A stretch of DNA of 18,890 nucleotides, from positions 1-18,890 of the forward strand of contig CAJWCD010000073.1 of the NCBI GenBank assembly GCA_913020725.1, given 5' to 3'. Of this stretch, positions 1 to 6,656 are shown piece by piece. The position numbers were made by a program, and so were the translations under genes. Source of the DNA: an uncultured Pseudomonadota bacterium (GTDB taxonomy: Bacteria; SAR324; NAC60-12). Numbering within the stretch: the first letter of the stretch is position 1; each line of letters starts with the position of its first letter. The notes under the pieces were generated by a model. The model worked only from the letters and a program-made list of their open reading frames with translations, had not been told where the DNA came from and searched no databases.

Positions 1-373
1 TCTCTGAGTCGGCGAGACGGAGCCGGCCGCCGCGGTCGATGGGGACGGAGAGAGGGAACGATTCGCTCTCGACTTCGAGACCGAGGCGGCGGAACTCTTG
101 TTCGAGGTAGCGGGCGGCGTTTTCGGCACCGGGGTAGCCGGTGACGCGCGAGGCGTCGGCAGTGAGGGCGCGGAGGTGGCGCTCCAGGCCGGCTGGGGCG
201 ATCTGCGCGACGGCTTCGCGCAGCGAGGGATTTTCGGTGGTCGTGGGGGATTCGCTGAGCGGCTCCCAACCGATCGCCCGCTCGATCCAGCGCGAGATGG
301 TCGCGGGATCGAAAAGGGTAACGGAGAGCAGGAAAAGGGCCGCAGTGGCGAGCAGCAGCAGTTTTTTCAGCAT
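1..373 (-). CDS. 5' part of an exported protein with an M28-peptidase-like N-terminus (runs off the window edge; absent from the ORF track)
   Basis: Hand translation from ATG 373 is open to position 1: MLKKLLLLATAALFLLSVTLFD (signal or anchor helix)...LERHLRALTADASRVTGYPGAENAARYLEQEFRRLGL. The R-x-T-G-x-P-G...AA-x-Y-L...F..LGL pattern is typical of M28 aminopeptidase-fold N-termini. Confidence 0.65.
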   Translation of the reverse strand, partial: MLKKLLLLATAALFLLSVTLFDPATISRWIERAIGWEPLSESPTTTENPSLREAVAQIAPAGLERHLRALTADASRVTGYPGAENAARYLEQEFRRLGLEVESESFPLSVPIDRGGRLRLADSE

Positions 374-389
374 GGACCGAGGAGGACAG

Positions 390-416
390 AAAAAGGGGCA
401 GGCCGCGGCCTGCCCC
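390..416 (-). terminator. Rho-independent terminator-like hairpin
   Basis: Perfect 22-bp palindrome GGGGCAGGCCGCGGCCTGCCCC (395-416), followed on the minus strand by TTTTTCTGT, ~35 nt after the TAA at 452. Confidence 0.65.
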
Positions 417-451
417 GCACTGGGTCCTGTCCGAGTTTTAAGCTAGTGGAT

Positions 452-862
452 TTAATTGGCCGCCAGCTTGTCGAGATTTTTGACCTTCTGGATATCGCGT
501 TTGAAGCGGAAGCTGAGGTCGATGGTTTCCACTTCGAGCTGCATGTCCAGCAGCCAGGCGCCGAGCCGGTAGGCGAAGTAGAACATCGGCGCCATGGTAA
601 TTGGGTTGGTAATCCACACCAGTGCCACGCTCATCGGCAGGTTGCAGCGCGACGCTACCGCGATGACTGCAGCGATGAGCATTTGAAACGGGACGGGCAA
701 AAACGCGCAGAACAGTCCGATGAACGCGGCCCCCGCCGCGGCGCGTCGATGCATGTGCCAGATCTCGGGATTGTTCAGCCATTTGCTCACCGGACGCAGG
801 GCCGGATGCTCGCGCATGGTCTTGGGGTTTGGCAGGTACCGGTCGAGAAACGTTTTTGGCAT
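452..862 (-). CDS. DUF2062-family membrane protein, apparently C-terminally truncated or fused
   Basis: WHMHRRAAAGAAFIGLFCAFLPVPFQM and NLPMSVALVWITNPIT match DUF2062 motifs. ATG 862 (MPKTFLDRYLP) is preferred over TTG 895. The usual final hydrophobic helix is replaced by the charged tail RFKRDIQKVKNLDKLAAN. Confidence 0.75.
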   Translation of the reverse strand: MPKTFLDRYLPNPKTMREHPALRPVSKWLNNPEIWHMHRRAAAGAAFIGLFCAFLPVPFQMLIAAVIAVASRCNLPMSVALVWITNPITMAPMFYFAYRLGAWLLDMQLEVETIDLSFRFKRDIQKVKNLDKLAAN

Positions 863-891
863 AAAACAAAGTATGCACGCTAAGCAAGTGT

Positions 892-2070
892 TCAAACCAC
901 CTCAAAACTTATAGACGCATGCGTCCCTGGTTGCTCGGCCTTGCGCTTGGCTGTGGTGAGCCGCTGCTCTTCGCCCTGCCAGTGTCCAATCTGATTCTGC
1001 GCCTCGTTTCGCAAAGTCTCGTCCTCGCCGGAGTACGGGTTGTCCTCCGAGAATGCCGTCAGGAATCGACGCCACACCTTCACTTTGGTGGAAGGAGAGA
1101 TTTTACGACGCTCGTAGCCGCGAACCTGTTCCACCGCACTGCGCATTTCCTCCAGCTTGTTGTCCCATGCCAATCGTGCCGCCTCCTCTTGCTTGGCCTC
1201 TTCGTCCAGATCATCAAGACTGAATCCGCTCTGTTGCTTCGGCAGTGCTGCTGAAACCGTTGGTTCAGCAGAGGCAGAAACGAAGAAAAAATCACCCGTC
1301 ACTGAACTCGAATCCCACGGCACCTGCTTGCCCGCGCTGGCCTGCATGACGTCGCCGCGCACGCGCTTGAAGACGTTCTCCAGCGAGAGTCCGGGTGTGA
1401 CCATGTGCGCGGCCAGCCGTTCGGTGTAGAGTCCGTTCCCACCCTCACCGTCGGCGGCCACACTGCCGGGGGCAGTGGCGTAGGAGATGAAGGTTCCGGT
1501 GGGTGCGGTGACTTGTGCGAGTCCCTTGCTCACTGAGCGGAAACTGCGGGCAAAGGGATTGTTGCGGCAGGCATCGAGGATGACGAGGTTCATGCCGTTC
1601 CCTGCATCCGCCATCTGGTTGAGCAGCTTGCCGACCGGAACGGCTTCGTAGCGCAGGTCCGACTCGCTCATGGGGTTGGCGTCCACGGGCAGCAGGTAGT
1701 TCTCCCCATCAACCTGCATGCCGTGCCCCGCGTAGTAGAAAAGCCCGATGCCTCCGCCACGCAGCCTGCGGCCAAACTCGCCGATGGCCCGCTCCATCTC
1801 CCGCTGCTCGGCGTTGCGCAGGGCCGTGACCGAAAAGCCAAGGCTTTGCAGGGTGCGCTCCATCAGCACCGCGTCATTGACCGGATTGCGCAGGGGGCTG
1901 GAGACATAGTCCGAGTTGCCAATCACCAGTGCAAGGCGCTTGACGTTGGGTTCTGGAGCAAGCTCGGTGCGGGCGACCCCGCGTTCGTTGGCAAGGGCAG
2001 GAACGGTGAGCAGCAGAAACAACAGCAACAGCCCGCCGAGGGTGCGGTGCAGTAGAATTCGTCGTCGCAT
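892..2070 (-). CDS. Secreted caspase-family (peptidase C14) protein with a helical C-terminal region
   Basis: RLALVIGNSDY, LRNPVNDA, catalytic dyad motifs YAGHG and ILDACR, YATAPG, QVPW. Signal peptide MRRRILLHRTLGGLLLLFLLLTVPALA. GGAGG lies just upstream of ATG 2070, so this start is preferred over 2157. Confidence 0.9.
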   Translation of the reverse strand: MRRRILLHRTLGGLLLLFLLLTVPALANERGVARTELAPEPNVKRLALVIGNSDYVSSPLRNPVNDAVLMERTLQSLGFSVTALRNAEQREMERAIGEFGRRLRGGGIGLFYYAGHGMQVDGENYLLPVDANPMSESDLRYEAVPVGKLLNQMADAGNGMNLVILDACRNNPFARSFRSVSKGLAQVTAPTGTFISYATAPGSVAADGEGGNGLYTERLAAHMVTPGLSLENVFKRVRGDVMQASAGKQVPWDSSSVTGDFFFVSASAEPTVSAALPKQQSGFSLDDLDEEAKQEEAARLAWDNKLEEMRSAVEQVRGYERRKISPSTKVKVWRRFLTAFSEDNPYSGEDETLRNEAQNQIGHWQGEEQRLTTAKRKAEQPGTHASISFEVV

Positions 2071-2148
2071 GGGCCTCCGTGAAGGAGTTGAGGTGAGGGT
2101 TTGTGCCAATTTTAGCGCGATACCGTGGGCAGGGCAAGGGGTTTGGTT

Positions 2149-2248
2149 TTTAGCCACGGATGGGCGCGGATGGCTTTGCTATTTTTTATCCGTGGGCATC
2201 CATGGAATCCGTGGCTTTCCTTTTTGATCCGCGTGATCCGTGGCTAAA
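2149..2248. repeat. Palindromic intergenic element built from ~9-10-nt ATCCGTGG units
   Basis: Perfect 13-bp terminal inverted repeat TTTAGCCACGGAT (2149-2161) / ATCCGTGGCTAAA (2236-2248). Inner pair CGCGGAT (2165-2171) / ATCCGCG (2227-2233). Extra units at 2188, 2198 and 2207. Confidence 0.85.
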
Positions 2249-2250
2249 GG

Positions 2251-3276
2251 TCAAGCATCGAGCGATTTTCCGGTGCTGAGCAGGTCATCGCAGGCTTGCT
2301 TGATGCGCTCCATCATCGCGGTTTCAGCTTTTTTGAGGTAGGAGCGCGGATCGTACATTTTCTTGTTGCCGACCTCGCCCTCGATTTTCAGCACACCTTC
2401 GTAATTGCTCAGCATGTGATCAACAATGGGTCGGGTGAAAGCATATTGGGTGTCGGTGTCCACGTTCATCTTGATCACCCCGTAGTTGAGCGTTTCGTGA
2501 ATCTCATCAATGGACGAGCCGGAACCTCCGTGAAAGACAAGGTCCATCTCGGCGGCAGTCCCGTGCTTAGCGGTCACGGCGGCTTGGCCGTCCCGCAGGA
2601 TTGTTGGCTCAAGTTTGACGTTGCCGGGCTTGTACACGCCGTGGACGTTTCCGAAAGTGGCTGCAAACATGAAGCGGCCAATCCCGCTCAACGCTTCATA
2701 GACCTGCACCATGTCTTCCGGAGTCGTGTAGAGCTTTTCGTTGGGCTGATCGCCGTGGTCCACGCCGTCTTCCTCACCGCCAACCACTCCGGCTTCGACT
2801 TCAAGGATGATTTGCTGTTCCGCGCATTCAGCGAGCAGTTGTTTTGAGATTTCCATGTTTTCGTCGAGCGGCAGCTCGGAGCCGTCGAACATGTGGGAGC
2901 TGAAGAGATTCGGCAAGCCCTGCGCCCGGCGCTTGGCGGTTTCGGCAATCAGGGGCCGCAGAAACGAATCGACCTTCTTGGGCTGGCAGTGGTCGGTGTG
3001 CAGGGCGATCTGAACCGGGTACTGCTCGGCCATCAGGTGCAGGTGCTGGGCGAGTGAAATCGCACCGAGCGCCCCGTTCTTCACCGCCTGTCCGGAAGCA
3101 AACTCGCCGCCTCCGGTGGAAATCTGAATGATGCCGTCACTCCTGGCCTCGGCAAAGGCCCGCAGCGCCGCATTGGCGGTGGTCGTCGAGGCGACGTTGA
3201 TGGCCGGGTAGGCAAAGCCGTTCTGCTGCGCGTTGTCGAGCATCCGGCAGTAGGTTTCATGGTTGGCGATGGGCAT
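2251..3276 (-). CDS. fbaA: Class II fructose-bisphosphate aldolase
   Basis: YPAINV, LHTDHC, HMFDGS, VVGGEEDG, FGNVHG, VFHGGSGS, KMNVDTDTQ, YDPRSYL; 341 aa. Confidence 0.96.
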   Translation of the reverse strand: MPIANHETYCRMLDNAQQNGFAYPAINVASTTTANAALRAFAEARSDGIIQISTGGGEFASGQAVKNGALGAISLAQHLHLMAEQYPVQIALHTDHCQPKKVDSFLRPLIAETAKRRAQGLPNLFSSHMFDGSELPLDENMEISKQLLAECAEQQIILEVEAGVVGGEEDGVDHGDQPNEKLYTTPEDMVQVYEALSGIGRFMFAATFGNVHGVYKPGNVKLEPTILRDGQAAVTAKHGTAAEMDLVFHGGSGSSIDEIHETLNYGVIKMNVDTDTQYAFTRPIVDHMLSNYEGVLKIEGEVGNKKMYDPRSYLKKAETAMMERIKQACDDLLSTGKSLDA

Positions 3277-3368
3277 GGCGATTCAAGGTGTAAGGTTACA
3301 GAGAAATGAAATTCTGCCGAGAATTCTGCACACGAACAAGGCGATTTCACGCACGGCGAAATGAGCGC

Positions 3369-3397
3369 TTGGAGAATGCTCCTGGTTATGGTAGATT
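3369..3397 (+). promoter_or_regulatory. Candidate sigma70 promoter for the plus-strand gene run
   Basis: TTGGAG (3369-3374), 17-bp spacer, TAGATT (3392-3397), with an extended -10 TG at 3389-3390. Lies ~35 nt upstream of the ATG at 3432. Confidence 0.45.
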
Positions 3398-3431
3398 TTC
3401 CGGAACTAGTTCAACGCCTAACCAACGAGTG

Positions 3432-3674
3432 ATGATGGACGAGCAGGCATACAACGAAGAGGTGATTAAAGGCTTTGAAACCGATGCCGCAAGTCGAGTG
3501 GCCGACCGAGAAAAGCAGGAAGCCCACGACAAGGAAATTCAGCAGCGCATCCACTCCGGAGAGGAGGGCCAGAGCGTGGGCTGGGACAACCGCGTGGCCG
3601 TAATCATGCTAGGATTTACCTGCCTTGTGACGGTGGTACTCCTGCTGATGATCTTCAACTGGGACCCTCGCTGA
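3432..3674 (+). CDS. Small hypothetical protein with a single C-terminal transmembrane helix
   Basis: Charged N-terminus followed by VAVIMLGFTCLVTVVLLLMIF. Start placed in the GTG-ATG-ATG cluster at 3429-3437, because the track's 3306 start would span the predicted promoter. Confidence 0.6.
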   Translation: MMDEQAYNEEVIKGFETDAASRVADREKQEAHDKEIQQRIHSGEEGQSVGWDNRVAVIMLGFTCLVTVVLLLMIFNWDPR

Positions 3675-3726
3675 CAACCTCGCTCCTCGGTTGAGTCGCG
3701 CAGGACGCGACCGACGGACCCGCATC

Positions 3727-5004
3727 ATGGCCAAGCCTCCCGCCCGCGTTCTGGTTCTCGGAGTGGGAGCCTTTGCCCATTCCGTTCTCCAGATTCTCAA
3801 AGAACACGGCGCAGAGGTCGGCTGTTACCTCACCCGCGACTATGGGCACCACGGCCCCAAGTCTGTTGGACCCACTTGGTTTCACCGCGACCATCCCTCA
3901 CCGCTGCCCATCCTCCGGGAGTTTTGCCCAGATCTCGTGATTCCGATGGGCGTGGATTGGTGGGATCAGCCTTGGGCTGAAGAGGCACTTGCCGAAAACT
4001 GGCCACTGCTTTCCCCCACGGGTGAGGCGCTGACCATCGAGGTTTCCCGCGAACATTCGGCGGCGTTGTGTCAGGAACACAGCATTCCGGTGCCACAGTC
4101 CCATCTCGTCCAGAATCGTCTGGAGGCGCTGGCCTTGATGCGGGAACAACCTCGGCCCTATGTCCTGAAAAACCCGCTCTGCTCCCCGTTCAGTCCGATC
4201 CACACGATTGTCTGTGAAACCGTGGAGGACACGCTCGGTTGGCTGGAACATATCGACTACGCCGAGGGCGTGTTCCTGCAAGAGTACCTTGGCACGACAG
4301 AGGCCGGGCACTTCGTTGCAGTCAGTGGTGGGGAAATCGTCAGTCTCGTCACCAATCAAGAGTACAAGCGGGCCTACACCGGAAACCTTGGCCCGGTGGC
4401 CGGAGCGCCGCTTGCGGGCATCGTCGAGCAGGATTCCGAAGACCGCTACGGACTCGCCCGCCAGCTTATCCATCCACTCAAGCCTTGGCTGGAAGCGTCC
4501 GGATTCCAAGGCATTCTGCAAGTGACCGCTATCCAGCACGAGAGGGTTTGGCACGCCATCGAATACAACGTGCGGCTTGGCGTGACCACTGGAGCGTTGC
4601 TGCTACGGATGCTCCAGAACCCGCTGGAAGTGCTGGGGCAACTGGTGCGTGACGAAGCGGCGGCCCCAGCTTGGCATCCGGAGCGGAAGCTCGGAGTTTC
4701 ACTGACATTGGCGGGTTATGGTTATCCCTACATCGTGCCGAGCGTGCCCAAGCTTCCGGTGCAAGTTTCCGGGGAAGTTTCCTCCGACTTGTGGTGGAAC
4801 GAGGTGGATTCCGAAGCAGGGCAACTTTACATGACGCACCACCAGAACCTTGACATGGGCCACCGCATCGCTGACCTCAACGCCTGCGGCCCCACTCTGG
4901 AATCCGCTCGCGACCAAGTGTACGAGGACATCCGCAAGTTGCGCTGCCTCGGCAGCTACTACCGCCTCGATCTCGGCGAAACCCTGTGGCCTCCGGGAAC
5001 GTAA
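3727..5004 (+). CDS. Diverged PurD/GARS-like ATP-grasp ligase
   Basis: GARS-like order of motifs: RVLVLGVG, FLQEYL, QEYKRAYTGNLGP, IEYNVRLG, LAGYGYP, YYRLDLG; ~425 aa from ATG 3727. Several canonical PurD motifs are altered, so no gene symbol is given. Confidence 0.8.
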   Translation: MAKPPARVLVLGVGAFAHSVLQILKEHGAEVGCYLTRDYGHHGPKSVGPTWFHRDHPSPLPILREFCPDLVIPMGVDWWDQPWAEEALAENWPLLSPTGEALTIEVSREHSAALCQEHSIPVPQSHLVQNRLEALALMREQPRPYVLKNPLCSPFSPIHTIVCETVEDTLGWLEHIDYAEGVFLQEYLGTTEAGHFVAVSGGEIVSLVTNQEYKRAYTGNLGPVAGAPLAGIVEQDSEDRYGLARQLIHPLKPWLEASGFQGILQVTAIQHERVWHAIEYNVRLGVTTGALLLRMLQNPLEVLGQLVRDEAAAPAWHPERKLGVSLTLAGYGYPYIVPSVPKLPVQVSGEVSSDLWWNEVDSEAGQLYMTHHQNLDMGHRIADLNACGPTLESARDQVYEDIRKLRCLGSYYRLDLGETLWPPGT

Positions 5005-5005
5005 A

Positions 5006-5106
5006 CTTTTGACTCATGTGTGGTTTGAGGTGGAATACTGAATTTTCATCAATAAACTCAATGGAAAAATTGCTTACTTCACCTCAAACTACACATGAGC
5101 CGAAAG
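5006..5106. repeat. ~100-nt AT-rich inverted-repeat (MITE- or REP-like) element
   Basis: CTCATGTGTGGTTTGAGGTGGAATA (5013-5037) matches the reverse complement of 5075-5099 (CTCATGTGTAGTTTGAGGTGAAGTA) at 22/25. Inner stem AATTTTCAT / ATGGAAAAATT; outer CTTT / AAAG. Confidence 0.85.
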
Positions 5107-5850
5107 CGTTTGAAATCTGTTAGAGAATCCGTGAACTACCAACTCCCCACGCCCGAAGCAAAAGCCGCTTACGTCGAGCAGAAGTTTGACGAGATCGCGG
5201 AAAAGTACGACCGTTTCAACGACCTCATCACCTTTGGATTGCACCGCTACTGGAAGCAGTTCGTTGCACGACAGACGGGTTTGCGTCCGGGCGAGCGTTG
5301 TTTGGATTTGTGCTGCGGAACCGGGGACATCGCCCAAGCGGTCAAACGGATGCATCCGGAGGTGGAGGTGATCGGAATGGATTTCTCTGAGCAGATGCTG
5401 GTGTTCGCGTCACGGCGGAAAGCCGCGGGCGAGAACCCTGTGCAGTTTTGCCGGGGCGACGCGATGGCACTGCCGTTTCCAGATCGGCATTTTGATGCGG
5501 TAACAATCGGCTACGGACTCCGGAACGTCCCGGACCTCACGGGATGCCTGCACGAAATTCGCCGAGTTCTCAAGCCGGGAGGGGAGTTGGTCAGCCTCGA
5601 TGTCGGAAAGGTTCGGGTTCCGGTGCTTGCAGGGTTGAGTCAATTTTTCTTGTTCCGGATTGTTCCCCGCATTGGGGAATGGCTCATGCCCGGACAGGAA
5701 ATGTTTTCCTATCTTCCGCATTCTTCGGTACAGTATCCTAATCAGGAGACCCTCAAGCGGCACCTGCTTGAGCTGGGGTTCCAGCAAGTGGAGGTGCATG
5801 ATTTTTGCTTTGGTGCCTCTACAGTTCATGTTGCCTACGAACCCAGCTAA
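5095..5850 (+). CDS. ubiE: UbiE/MenG-family quinone C-methyltransferase
   Basis: FDEIAEKYDRFNDLITFGLHRYWK, SAM motif LDLCCGTGD, GDAMALPF, TIGYGLRNV, RVLKPGG. The true start may be GTG 5131, since ATG 5095 lies inside the inverted repeat. Confidence 0.88.
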   Translation: MSRKRLKSVRESVNYQLPTPEAKAAYVEQKFDEIAEKYDRFNDLITFGLHRYWKQFVARQTGLRPGERCLDLCCGTGDIAQAVKRMHPEVEVIGMDFSEQMLVFASRRKAAGENPVQFCRGDAMALPFPDRHFDAVTIGYGLRNVPDLTGCLHEIRRVLKPGGELVSLDVGKVRVPVLAGLSQFFLFRIVPRIGEWLMPGQEMFSYLPHSSVQYPNQETLKRHLLELGFQQVEVHDFCFGASTVHVAYEPS

Positions 5851-5853
5851 GCC

Positions 5854-6177
5854 ATGTTCCGTGCACAGCAAATCAGAGGAGGGCTGGATGCTGGGGTGTT
5901 GATTGCACTGTTGTTGGGCTTCGTTCTGACAAGCTGTGCGTCAAAGACTCCAACCACCACGGATCGGGTGGTTGAAAAGCTGGAACAAGCGCAGGCCCGG
6001 ACGATTCCTGAAGAACATCACGAGCTGGTTCCCCGGCACACGGTGGATGAAAACGGGGAATCGAACGTGGAGTTTGTGCTGCGGCGCACGAAACTGCCCA
6101 ACACCATTCATCGTCGACGGGGCAAAAGTCAGTGCAAGTTGGTTATCCAAAAACTCACCTGCGTTTACGGTAATTGA
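5854..6177 (+). CDS. Hypothetical lipoprotein
   Basis: Hydrophobic stretch VLIALLLGFV followed by lipobox LTS-C. Starts 3 nt after the ubiE stop; its stop overlaps the next start (TTGA). Confidence 0.65.
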   Translation: MFRAQQIRGGLDAGVLIALLLGFVLTSCASKTPTTTDRVVEKLEQAQARTIPEEHHELVPRHTVDENGESNVEFVLRRTKLPNTIHRRRGKSQCKLVIQKLTCVYGN

Positions 6178-6656
6178 ACTCCCACGACCACTACCCCGAC
6201 TCCTATCTCCGGGACATCCTGCGCTCCGTCCGCACCATTGCGATGGTCGGGGCCAGCACGAACTGGAAGCGCCCCAGTTTCTTCGTCATGAAATACCTCC
6301 AGCGCAAAGGCTTCCGCGTGATTCCAGTCAATCCGGTTTCAGCAGGAGAACTGCTGCTGGGCGAAACCGTGCAGTCCAACTTGGAATCGATTCCGGAAGC
6401 CGTGGACATGGTGGACCTGTTTCGGAAAGCCGAGCAGGCACCGGGCTTGGCGCAGGCGGCTGAACAAATCGGCGCGAAGGTGCTGTGGATGCAGATTGGT
6501 GTTCGTAATGACGAAGCGGCTCGTTTGGCGGAAAACGCCGGAATGCAGGTGGTGATGGACCGCTGCCCCAAGATCGAATACTCCCGGCTCTTTGGAGAGT
6601 TGGGCTGGCACGGGGTCAACACTGGAGTCCTCACTAGCAAGCGGCGGCGCTACTGA
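6174..6656 (+). CDS. CoA-binding protein (YccU-like Rossmann fold)
   Basis: TIAMVGAS...RPS, VIPVNP, VDMVDLFR, VLWMQIG, VMDRCPKIE; TGATG coupling to metY. Confidence 0.92.
   Translation: MNSHDHYPDSYLRDILRSVRTIAMVGASTNWKRPSFFVMKYLQRKGFRVIPVNPVSAGELLLGETVQSNLESIPEAVDMVDLFRKAEQAPGLAQAAEQIGAKVLWMQIGVRNDEAARLAENAGMQVVMDRCPKIEYSRLFGELGWHGVNTGVLTSKRRRY

Noticed and set aside
98..883. 261-aa plus-strand ORF
   Set aside because: Antisense shadow of the M28-like and DUF2062 genes; no recognisable motifs, and it crosses a terminator.
897..906. CCACCTCAAA matches 10 bp of the 5013-5037 arm (reverse complement)
   Set aside because: Too short, and the flanks diverge; compatible with chance.
2149..2248. 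CRISPR array interpretation of the repeats
   Set aside because: Units are 7-10 nt without unique 30-40-nt spacers, and there are no cas genes.
3432..5850. RiPP cluster (peptide + ATP-grasp + methyltransferase)
   Set aside because: The small ORF is a membrane-anchored protein without graspetide-like core repeats, and the ligase is GARS-type rather than RimK/MvdD-type.
5854..6656. SAM riboswitch upstream of metY
   Set aside because: The genes overlap or abut, leaving no leader, and I saw no SAM-I/II core motifs.
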